A stretch of 32,205 bases of DNA, taken from the sequence record SRR20825006_2856. One strand, given 5' to 3'. Under the pieces are notes generated by a model. That model worked only from the letters and a program-made list of their open reading frames with translations. It made no database searches and was not told the DNA's origin. A program made the translations under genes and the position numbers. Of this stretch, positions 1-7,905 are shown piece after piece (positions within the stretch are counted from its first letter, which is position 1; each line of letters opens with the position of its first letter).

Positions 1-22
1 ACCGCCAAAGGGTTTAATACTT

Positions 23-44
23 CGTCCCGAAAGCTTTGGGGATG
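23..44. repeat. Near-perfect 22-bp palindrome (CGTCCCGAAAGCTTTGGGGATG); REP-like element or hairpin
   Basis: Symmetry around 33/34: AAAG/CTTT, one G-G mismatch, CCC/GGG, T/A, G/T, C/G. Upstream context is cut by the window edge. Confidence 0.35.
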
Positions 45-111
45 CCTCCAAATTAAAAATTTGATCTCAACAAATACTTTTTAGAGGTCAATCAAGTTTA
101 ATTTAAAAACT

Positions 112-1089
112 ATGAAAGCGATTTATATAACTCAAGCTGGAGGCCCCGAAGTTTTGCAGCTGCAAGATCTGGAGCTTCCTGTACTAGAACTTAATGAGGT
201 GCGTATTGCGGTGAAAGCTTCTGGCGTCAACCGCAGTGATATTCTTACCCGTCAGAATCCTGATGCGTATGGCGGCGATATTCCTAAAGCACAAATACCG
301 GGATTAGAGGTTTCAGGAACGATCACCGCTGTAGGTGCTTCGGTTGAAAATTTTAAAATTGGTGATACCGTATGCGCTTTGGTTGCCGGTGGTGGCTATG
401 CGACGGACATTCACGTTGATGCTCGTTTATGTCTTCCAATACCTAAAGGTTTAAGTTTTGTAGAAGCAGCAGCACTTCCTGAAGTGGTTTTTACAGTTTG
501 GTTTAATGTGTTTCAGCAGGCCAAAGCGGTAAAAGGCGAAGGTTTACTCATTCACGGCGGCACAAGCGGAATTGGAGTTATGGGGTTGCAAATCGCCAAA
601 GCTTTAGGCTTACAAACGTATACCACTGTTGGAACTCACGAGAAAGTTCAGTTTATTGAAAAACACGCCTTGGCTAAGGTGATTAATTATAAGGAAACGG
701 ACTTTGAACAGGCTTTTAGCGAAGAGAAAATCGATGTGATTCTGGATATGGTTGGCGGTGATTACACCCAGAAAAACTTGAATATACTGCAGAAAAATGG
801 TCGGCTTGTATATATCAACGGGATGAAAAGCTTAACGCCTACCATCAATTTATGGACGGTGATGAGCAAACAGCTCTTAATAACCGGAAGCTTATTAAAA
901 CCACAGTCTATTTCCGTCAAGAAACAGATTGCAGAAGAGGTTGCGCAGACAGTTTGGCCACTACTAGCTTCAGGCGAAATTAAACCAGAAGTGTACCGCG
1001 TGTACCCTCTTGAAGAGGCTGCTCAGGCACATCAACTTATGGAAGACAGTGACCACATAGGCAAAATTATTCTCGAATCCCAGCACTAA
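112..1089 (+). CDS. NAD(P)H-quinone oxidoreductase, PIG3/zeta-crystallin-like MDR family
   Basis: GGPEVL N-terminus, GVNRSD, PGLEVSG, GGGYA, LIHGGTSGIG nucleotide-binding motif, C-terminal HIGKIIL. Confidence 0.92.
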   Translation: MKAIYITQAGGPEVLQLQDLELPVLELNEVRIAVKASGVNRSDILTRQNPDAYGGDIPKAQIPGLEVSGTITAVGASVENFKIGDTVCALVAGGGYATDIHVDARLCLPIPKGLSFVEAAALPEVVFTVWFNVFQQAKAVKGEGLLIHGGTSGIGVMGLQIAKALGLQTYTTVGTHEKVQFIEKHALAKVINYKETDFEQAFSEEKIDVILDMVGGDYTQKNLNILQKNGRLVYINGMKSLTPTINLWTVMSKQLLITGSLLKPQSISVKKQIAEEVAQTVWPLLASGEIKPEVYRVYPLEEAAQAHQLMEDSDHIGKIILESQH

Positions 1090-1098
1090 AATATTGCG

Positions 1099-2337
1099 AT
1101 GACCCATACTAACAAACAAACTCATTATGCGATAGATACTTCTAACGCACCCTTGAGTAAACAACAACTTAAAGAATTAAAAGATCAAGCGTGGCTGAAA
1201 GAAGAAGCGGGGGCGTTTGGTTTGGTGTTTTCTAATCATACACTCGACGCTTATTTAGACGAAGAATATCGTCACGGTAATTCCGTACTGACTAAAGATG
1301 GAGACCTTCTAAAAACAAAATCCAGCGGAGAACGTAAACGCTTGTTGCTCGCGTACCAACTTGCGCAGAATCCCGACTTTCTAATATTAGACAATCCTTT
1401 TGATGCTCTTGATATACAACGCGTGGCATCATTAAAAACAGAATTACAAGAATTAGCTAAAAGCACCGTATTGATTCAGCTTTTTCGCAGAAGCGATGAG
1501 GTGCTTCCGTGTTGCACGGTAGGCTTAACGTATCAAGAGGGCCAATTTGTAAAGGTAGATTTAGTCACAGAACAGCATACTTCGGTTTCCATAAATCACG
1601 AACAAAAACTTCCGGAGCCTTTAGAGGCTTTTAAGAATGTACCAGAGGAACTTATATCATTTAAAAATGTTTCAGTTTCCTTTGATGAAAAACCTGTGTT
1701 GAAGGATATCACTTGGACGGTTAAGCGCGGGACCTCATGGCATTTAAAAGGTCCTAACGGAGCGGGTAAAACTACCTTATTGTCTATGGTGACTGGCGAC
1801 AGTACCAAAGGTTATGGCAAAGAATTATACCTTTTTGGAAAGAAAAAAGGAAGCGGAGAGACGGTTTGGGAAATCAAACAGAAAATAGGCTATTTCACTT
1901 CAGCGATGACGGAGCGTTTTGACGGTATGCACGATGTGCAAAGTATGATCATTTCGGGATTGTATGATAGCGTTGGTTTATATCAAAAACCCACAACCTT
2001 AGAACAAGCGCGTGCTGAAGAATGGTTGGCACTTCTTGGACTAAAACAGTTGAGCGGAGCCCGATTCAGAACGTTAAACGAAGTTCAAAAACGACTGATT
2101 TTAATCGCTAGGGCGATAATAAAACATCCACCGCTATTGATCTTAGATGAACCCACTGCCGCACTAAACGAGACCGGAGCGGCTTTGATCGTTTCCTTGA
2201 TCAATAAAATTGCAGCTTCAAGAAAAACTACAATTATATATGTTTCACATAGAGCAGAATACGGTTTAAAAATGGATTTTACCTTTGAGCTTATTAAAAG
2301 TGAGTTTGGTTCAAAAGGAGAGATTTGTACAAGTTGA
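1099..2337 (+). CDS. ModF-like tandem ABC ATP-binding protein (N-terminal ABC domain degenerate)
   Basis: C-terminal domain has Walker A GPNGAGKT, Walker B LLILDEP and VSH. GETVWEIKQKIGY and ISGLYDSVGLYQ resemble ModF. N-terminal half retains only SSGERKR and LILDNP. Confidence 0.85.
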   Translation: MTHTNKQTHYAIDTSNAPLSKQQLKELKDQAWLKEEAGAFGLVFSNHTLDAYLDEEYRHGNSVLTKDGDLLKTKSSGERKRLLLAYQLAQNPDFLILDNPFDALDIQRVASLKTELQELAKSTVLIQLFRRSDEVLPCCTVGLTYQEGQFVKVDLVTEQHTSVSINHEQKLPEPLEAFKNVPEELISFKNVSVSFDEKPVLKDITWTVKRGTSWHLKGPNGAGKTTLLSMVTGDSTKGYGKELYLFGKKKGSGETVWEIKQKIGYFTSAMTERFDGMHDVQSMIISGLYDSVGLYQKPTTLEQARAEEWLALLGLKQLSGARFRTLNEVQKRLILIARAIIKHPPLLILDEPTAALNETGAALIVSLINKIAASRKTTIIYVSHRAEYGLKMDFTFELIKSEFGSKGEICTS

Positions 2338-2347
2338 TTTGTACAAG
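2322..2347. repeat. Tandem 12-bp direct repeat GATTTGTACAAG (2322-2333, 2336-2347), each containing palindrome TTGTACAA
   Basis: Read directly from sequence; straddles the TGA stop of the ABC gene. Confidence 0.7.
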
Positions 2348-2467
2348 AAATAGGTTTTTTATAACTTTTGAATATTATTAAGAGTACTACACGGTCCTGT
2401 ATAGATTAAAAGTATATATTTAAAACCACCATTGCACAAGGATTAGTAGTTTAACGCCCCCCAACTA

Positions 2468-5400
2468 TTGCGTTTGAAATCTAAAATAGAAATTTTAGAA
2501 CAGGATTTTCAGCAACTTAGAAATGAAAATTCAGAGGTATTTGATTGGATAATCGAAAAGCCTATTTCAGGCTTGCTTTATGTCAATTCAGATCAAGGCG
2601 CTTCAGCCTTTTATATCTCATCATCCCTTTGGAACATATTAGGATTTGAATCATCAACGCTAGATGATCAGTCAAAGCTTTGGTCAAAAGTCTTGACTGA
2701 CTCAGGTAAAACGCTCATCGAAAAAGCTTTTAATGATTCTACCGAAGCATTCTATAAAACCATTCAACATTTTACGCTTAACGATGCTTCTGACGCAGGC
2801 CTCGACTTTACTGTAGAAGCCTGGGAACATACAGAACAGTCGGGTAAAAAGCATTTCGTTTTAAAATTTCTTGATCGGCAAATTTCCTTTTCGCAAGAAA
2901 ATATTGATTACTTACAGAAATACAACGAGATCTACGAAGAGACTAATGAGTTGGCTCTGGTAGGCGGTTGGGAGGTAGACCTAACAAATCAGAAAGTTTT
3001 TTGGTCTAGCGTGACCAAAAAAATTCACGAGGTTCCTATGGACTATGAGCCCGATATGGATACGGGAATTAATTTTTATAAAGAGGGCTGGAGCAGAGAG
3101 AAAATTTATAAAGCGTTTTACGATTGTGTAGATAATGGAGGCTCCTTTGATGCTGAATTTATTATGGTCACCACAACCGGAAAAGAAAAATGGGTGCGTA
3201 GTCTGGGAAGAGCCGTTATGCAAAACGGAAAGTGTGTGCGTGTTTATGGAGCTTTTCAAGATATTACTGCTCAGAAACTTCAAGAGGAATCACTACGCAA
3301 GACGGAATTACGATTTACTCAAATTTTTGAAAATTCAGCCATCGGAATCATTTTGGTTAATACCAAAAATGAACTACAGTTGGTAAATACGGTGGCTAAA
3401 AAGATCTTTGGCTTTGAAGATCGTCCTGATACCGAAATACTAAAATACACCTTTAAAGATGTTTTGTTGCCGGAATATCTAAACACGGCTATTGAAAAAC
3501 GAAATCAATTACTGCGTGGCGAAATCGAGCACTATAGTTTTGAGGCAGCCTGTTATAACAGATCTGGGAAAGTAATATGGTGTAATCTTAATTGCTCTTT
3601 GGTCAACGACGGAAGCGTAGATGATGACTTGATCATAACGCAGGTTGAAGATATTACACAACGTAAAAAATTACAAAAGAACGCCCTGCAGAATGCTTCT
3701 AGGTTTAAAAGAGTTTTTGAGAATGCTCCACACGGAATGGTTCTTTTGGATCTCAAGGGTAACCTTAGAAACGTCAACAAAAGTCTTTGTGATATTTTAG
3801 GGTATTCAAAAGAAGAACTATTAGAAAAATCTATTGAAGATTTTACCTATGCAGAAGATCGCGATGAAGTGTTCACGTATTTTTCAAAAATCGTGGCTAA
3901 AGAAATTCCTTCATTTCAGTTAAGTAAACGCTATCTGCATAAGGATGGAGAAGTGAGAGAATGTAATTTAACGATATCAGGCTTGCTGGATGAAAACAGA
4001 GATGTTCGCTCATTCATAGCACATGTGGTAGATGTTACTGAGGAGCAAAAAGCACAACAAGCTTTAGAAGAAAGTTTGCTGGATCATAAGGCTTTACTCA
4101 ATGCAACCAGCCGTGTGATTATTGTGGAAACCGATTTAGATCACAGAATTAAGAGATTTAATAAAGGAGCTGAAAATCTTTTAGGATACACTGAAGATGA
4201 AGTAATTGGTAAGTTATATCCTGAGGTTTTTTATGTGAAGGAAGAAGTGGAAGCCTATGCTAATCAACTGGAAAAAGAGTACGGGGAAAAGGTAGCTATA
4301 GAAGATGTGTTCACATTTAAATTAGGTAAAGGTAAAATCGAATCTAACGAGTGGAACTACATCAAAAAGAATGGCGACAAACTTCCGGTACAACTTATTG
4401 TTACGCCTATAAAAAATGATAAAGGAGAATCTAAAGGTTATCTGAAGATCTCTACAGATATTTCGGCTTTAAAAGCAATGGAAACCTCCTTGCTGCAAGC
4501 TAAAGAGCGCGCAGAGCAGGCTAATCAATTTAAGTCAGAATTTTTAGCAAATATGAGTCACGAAATCCGTACTCCTTTAAATGGAGTTATAGGGTTTACT
4601 GATATTTTAATGCAGTCCAAGCTTGATCAAAATCAGACCAAATATGTAGAGACCATATATTCTTCTGCCGTTTCGCTGCTTGATTTACTTAATGATATTC
4701 TCGATTTTTCAAAGATAGAATCCGGTAAACTTAACTTGAGTGAAGAGCGCGTAAACATTGCAGACCTCTGTGCTCGTTCTGTGGAAATGATCAGGCACCA
4801 GGCGCATCAGAAAAACCTTGAAGTGCTGCTCAATATTTCAACTAAAATTGAAGAATATATCCTTGCCGATGGGTTGCGGTTACGTCAGATACTCATCAAC
4901 TTGTTGAGCAATGCAGTGAAGTTTACGCACAAAGGTGAAATAGAATTAAAAGTTCAAGCGCAGGATATCCCTGATGATCCAAATACTAAACGTTTTACTT
5001 TTTCTTTGCGCGACACCGGTATTGGTATTGCGCCTCAGAACGTAAAAGAGATTTTTGATGCCTTTAATCAAGGGGATGCTTCTACAACCCGCAAGTACGG
5101 GGGAACAGGATTAGGACTGACCATCAGTAATAGACTGCTTGAGTTGATGCACAGTAAGCTTGAAGTTTCTAGTGAATTGGGAAGTGGCACCACATTCTCC
5201 TTTAGTGTTGATTTTGCCATTGAGGCTAAAACAGAACGCGCTGCTTCATATTCTCAAGAGTTGAAGAGAGTTTTGGTGGTAGATGATAATCAAAACAATC
5301 GAGTGATCATCGCCGAATTACTCGCCAGCCGAAAGATAAAAACCATTCAGGCGGCAAACGGAATTGATGCATTAGAAATTTTGCAAAAGGACACTGATTT

Positions 5401-6082
5401 CGACTTGGCGCTCATTGATTACGCTATGCCGTACCTAAATGGTCTTGATTTAATTGAGCATATAAGAACAGATCTAAAGGTAACGCAGGAGCAATTGCCT
5501 ATCGTGTTGCTGCACAGCTCAGAAGAGGATCAAACTATAAATGATCGCTGTAAAAAACTTGGTGTTCATAATAAATTAGTGAAGCCTGTTTTGCGCAAAG
5601 TTCTTTTTGAAACTATGGATAGCCTAGGTTTTAGTAACGATCAGTTTGCTCAAAAAGTCGACTTTGACGCTATTGAAGATTTACAAGACAAGCTTACAAT
5701 AATGGTAGCCGAAGATAATCCTGTAAATAAGTTCTTGACTCGTACGATCTTAAATAAAATAGCTGGGCAAGCAAAATTAATCGAAGTAGAAAATGGCGAG
5801 CAGGCTGTAGCAGCATTTAAAAAGAATCACATTGATATCATCTTGATGGATATTCAAATGCCGATATTAAGTGGTTATGAAGCTACGCAACAAATCAGAG
5901 CGTTGGAGCCTAAAGAAGAGCGCGTACCTATTATAGCGTTAACCGCTCGTGCTTTAAAAGGGGAGCGGGAGCGTTGCTTGTCGTATGGTATGGACGATTA
6001 TATTTCAAAACCATTAATTCTGGAAGATATTAAAGCTGTGATCAATGCGTTTTTAGAACGAAAAAAGATAACTTTAAAATAA
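2468..6082 (+). CDS. Cytoplasmic hybrid sensor histidine kinase: multiple PAS/PAC, HisKA, HATPase, two receiver domains (TTG start)
   Basis: PAS/PAC ends FQDIT, VEDIT, VVDVT, STDIS. H-box FLANMSHEIRTPLNG, N-box NLLSNAVKFT, DTGIG, GGTGLGL. REC1 VVDDN...IDYAMP and REC2 AEDN...MDIQMP...SKP. No obvious TM helix. Confidence 0.93.
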   Translation: MRLKSKIEILEQDFQQLRNENSEVFDWIIEKPISGLLYVNSDQGASAFYISSSLWNILGFESSTLDDQSKLWSKVLTDSGKTLIEKAFNDSTEAFYKTIQHFTLNDASDAGLDFTVEAWEHTEQSGKKHFVLKFLDRQISFSQENIDYLQKYNEIYEETNELALVGGWEVDLTNQKVFWSSVTKKIHEVPMDYEPDMDTGINFYKEGWSREKIYKAFYDCVDNGGSFDAEFIMVTTTGKEKWVRSLGRAVMQNGKCVRVYGAFQDITAQKLQEESLRKTELRFTQIFENSAIGIILVNTKNELQLVNTVAKKIFGFEDRPDTEILKYTFKDVLLPEYLNTAIEKRNQLLRGEIEHYSFEAACYNRSGKVIWCNLNCSLVNDGSVDDDLIITQVEDITQRKKLQKNALQNASRFKRVFENAPHGMVLLDLKGNLRNVNKSLCDILGYSKEELLEKSIEDFTYAEDRDEVFTYFSKIVAKEIPSFQLSKRYLHKDGEVRECNLTISGLLDENRDVRSFIAHVVDVTEEQKAQQALEESLLDHKALLNATSRVIIVETDLDHRIKRFNKGAENLLGYTEDEVIGKLYPEVFYVKEEVEAYANQLEKEYGEKVAIEDVFTFKLGKGKIESNEWNYIKKNGDKLPVQLIVTPIKNDKGESKGYLKISTDISALKAMETSLLQAKERAEQANQFKSEFLANMSHEIRTPLNGVIGFTDILMQSKLDQNQTKYVETIYSSAVSLLDLLNDILDFSKIESGKLNLSEERVNIADLCARSVEMIRHQAHQKNLEVLLNISTKIEEYILADGLRLRQILINLLSNAVKFTHKGEIELKVQAQDIPDDPNTKRFTFSLRDTGIGIAPQNVKEIFDAFNQGDASTTRKYGGTGLGLTISNRLLELMHSKLEVSSELGSGTTFSFSVDFAIEAKTERAASYSQELKRVLVVDDNQNNRVIIAELLASRKIKTIQAANGIDALEILQKDTDFDLALIDYAMPYLNGLDLIEHIRTDLKVTQEQLPIVLLHSSEEDQTINDRCKKLGVHNKLVKPVLRKVLFETMDSLGFSNDQFAQKVDFDAIEDLQDKLTIMVAEDNPVNKFLTRTILNKIAGQAKLIEVENGEQAVAAFKKNHIDIILMDIQMPILSGYEATQQIRALEPKEERVPIIALTARALKGERERCLSYGMDDYISKPLILEDIKAVINAFLERKKITLK

Positions 6083-6104
6083 TGCTTGCAATACCGTTTT
6101 TAAA

Positions 6105-6821
6105 TTGACTGCTGCTCATAAACATATAATTCTTGTTGATGCTGATCTGGAAGCTCAGGTACGATTTAAATCTAATTTTTCTAGTAAAGAAGTAGAGATC
6201 ATTGCCTTTACTTCAGGAATGGGAGCCATTCAATACATCAAGCAAACCGGTGCGCCAGATCTTTTGGTGCTTGAAGAAGCAGCTAAGCCTTTAGGAGCCG
6301 TACAAACATTAAATTATCTCAAGGATCAAATAGCGTTTACAGCTCCGGTGGTGGTTATTGCAGAAAACTTAGAGGAAGATACAATAGCGATTCAAGCACA
6401 AAAAGTGATTACAAAACCATATAAATGTGAAGATATCGCTTTCATCAAAGAGCTTTTAATGCTTAAAGAGTTGGCAGGCGCCGAAGAAGAAAAATACTAT
6501 AAACTCGATTATCTTAAGGAGCTCGCGGAAGGTGATACCGATTTTATTAAAGAAAGTCTCAAGATTTTTATACAAACCGTTCAGCCACAAATTGAAGAAC
6601 TGACGCAAAATCATGCATCAGAAAATTTTAAACAAGTTGGCCAACTGGCGCACGCTGTTAAGCCTTCTTTTGAAATGCTTCAGAATTATAAAGCCGCAAA
6701 AATTTGTGATGATCTCGCACATCACGCCCAGCCGGACGAAATGGAACATCTTGTTCATCAACTTCTGCAAGAACATCAACATATTATAACGAGTCTAAAA
6801 GCAGATTTTTCTGATTTATAG
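6105..6821 (+). CDS. Receiver-like (pseudo-REC) plus Hpt phosphotransfer domain protein (TTG start)
   Basis: N-terminal REC fold pattern (IILVDAD...DLLVLEE...ITKPY). C-terminal LDYLKELAEGD...LAHAVKPSF Hpt-type His motif. Confidence 0.8.
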   Translation: MTAAHKHIILVDADLEAQVRFKSNFSSKEVEIIAFTSGMGAIQYIKQTGAPDLLVLEEAAKPLGAVQTLNYLKDQIAFTAPVVVIAENLEEDTIAIQAQKVITKPYKCEDIAFIKELLMLKELAGAEEEKYYKLDYLKELAEGDTDFIKESLKIFIQTVQPQIEELTQNHASENFKQVGQLAHAVKPSFEMLQNYKAAKICDDLAHHAQPDEMEHLVHQLLQEHQHIITSLKADFSDL

Positions 6822-6853
6822 GAATGCTTCTAAAGCCTTAACAATAAACTCCA

Positions 6854-7222
6854 ATGAAAAAAAATATCCTAGTAGTTGAAGATAATAAGCAGGTTGCTGA
6901 AGCCATTGTACATAGTTTGGAAAAAGCAGGCTACACCGCGAGAGTATGTTCTGATGGAACCGCAGCCATCGAAAATTTAAAGAGCAGCATCTTCCACTTA
7001 GTGATTATCGACCTATTATTACCCTTCACTTCAGGTATGAACGTCATTAAATGGTCAAAAACCGAATTTCCAACCTTACCCATTATCGTATTGTCTTCAA
7101 TTTTAGATGAAAATATAGTAACCCGAACGTATTTAATGGGCGCTTATGATTATATCACCAAGCCATACCACCCTTCACGACTATTACAAAGTGTCGAAAA
7201 AGGGCTAAAGCAAGCAGAATAA
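6854..7222 (+). CDS. Single-domain response regulator (CheY-like)
   Basis: ILVVEDN, IIDLLLP (phospho-Asp), VLSS, GAYDYITKP; 122 aa with no output domain. Confidence 0.92.
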   Translation: MKKNILVVEDNKQVAEAIVHSLEKAGYTARVCSDGTAAIENLKSSIFHLVIIDLLLPFTSGMNVIKWSKTEFPTLPIIVLSSILDENIVTRTYLMGAYDYITKPYHPSRLLQSVEKGLKQAE

Positions 7223-7251
7223 GATTTCTACTTCTATAAGCGTTTATTTTA

Positions 7252-7259
7252 TACCTTTG
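7252..7259 (+). promoter_or_regulatory. Bacteroidota sigma-70 -7 element (TACCTTTG) for the metal-efflux cluster
   Basis: Exact match to TAnnTTTG, 9 nt before ATG 7269. No clean -33 TTTG seen. Confidence 0.65.
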
Positions 7260-7268
7260 CAAATCAAG

Positions 7269-7694
7269 ATGAAGCAGGTAGCAAAACAAATAATGGCAAT
7301 AGTTCTGGCATTCGTGGTCGTTTGTACCACAATGTCGTTTTCTATAAATATGCATTATTGTGGCGAAACTTTAGTTGATTACACGGTGATCAACAAAGCC
7401 AGTTCTTGCGGAATGGATCAGATGGCTAGTTCGCTGAGTAACATTGACTGTGAACAACAAGTCACTCAAAAGTCGTGCTGTCAAGACAAAACTTTTTCTG
7501 CTGCCGGCCAGAACGAATTGAAGCCTAGTTTTAGTTCGTTTTCTTTAGAGCAACAGCTTTTTGTAACCACCTTCTGCTATGCTTATGCGGCGCTCTTGGC
7601 CCCACAAACCACTGCTTCAACAGACTTCTTTGCGTATACCCCTCCTCAGCTCGTCAGGGACATTCAGACCTTAGACGAGGTTTACTTGATTTGA
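7269..7694 (+). CDS. HYC_CC_PP-type small exported/membrane protein; candidate metal-responsive leader ORF
   Basis: Hydrophobic N-terminus, H29-Y30-C31, SCGM, C70-C71, P125-P126 near the C-terminus. ATG 7269 preferred because the TTG at 7257 lies inside the -7 box. Confidence 0.8.
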   Translation: MKQVAKQIMAIVLAFVVVCTTMSFSINMHYCGETLVDYTVINKASSCGMDQMASSLSNIDCEQQVTQKSCCQDKTFSAAGQNELKPSFSSFSLEQQLFVTTFCYAYAALLAPQTTASTDFFAYTPPQLVRDIQTLDEVYLI

Positions 7695-7695
7695 T

Positions 7696-7898
7696 AGGTA
7701 TTGTTTAGACATTCTTCGTCTAAATTTTAAGGTTTTCGCATTCGCGAAAAAACTGCTGTACTTCAGTTTTTAACAAATACATTTTATGGCGTGACCTTAA
7801 AAAGCTATGTATTTAAGGCTATACCGGTAATTTAAAATGTATTTGTTGCGAGTGCCTCACAGGTTTGCCCGGGAATCATTTACGTTCACACAATACCT
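7696..7898 (+). promoter_or_regulatory. Structured intergenic RNA leader of cusA (multi-hairpin, long-range closing helix)
   Basis: Inverted repeats: 7704-7710/7718-7724, 7733-7739/7744-7750, 7748-7755/7764-7771, perfect 15-bp 7772-7786/7833-7847 with inner 7795-7801/7812-7818, and 7696-7704/7890-7898. Confidence 0.6.
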
Positions 7899-7905
7899 CA
7901 TTTTT

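Noticed and set aside
1-50. Complete tRNA gene at the window start
   Set aside because: Only a CCA-like end is visible, with no canonical T-loop or cloverleaf.
2468-7222. Kinase and receivers as the CusS/CusR regulator of the copper cluster
   Set aside because: The kinase has no periplasmic sensor, no receiver has a DNA-binding domain, and the cluster has its own -7 box at 7252.
7837-7905. N-terminal extension of CusA from ATG 7837
   Set aside because: The extension does not look like RND sequence and its ATG lies inside a 15-bp hairpin arm; MLNKSIKF at 7906 fits the family start.
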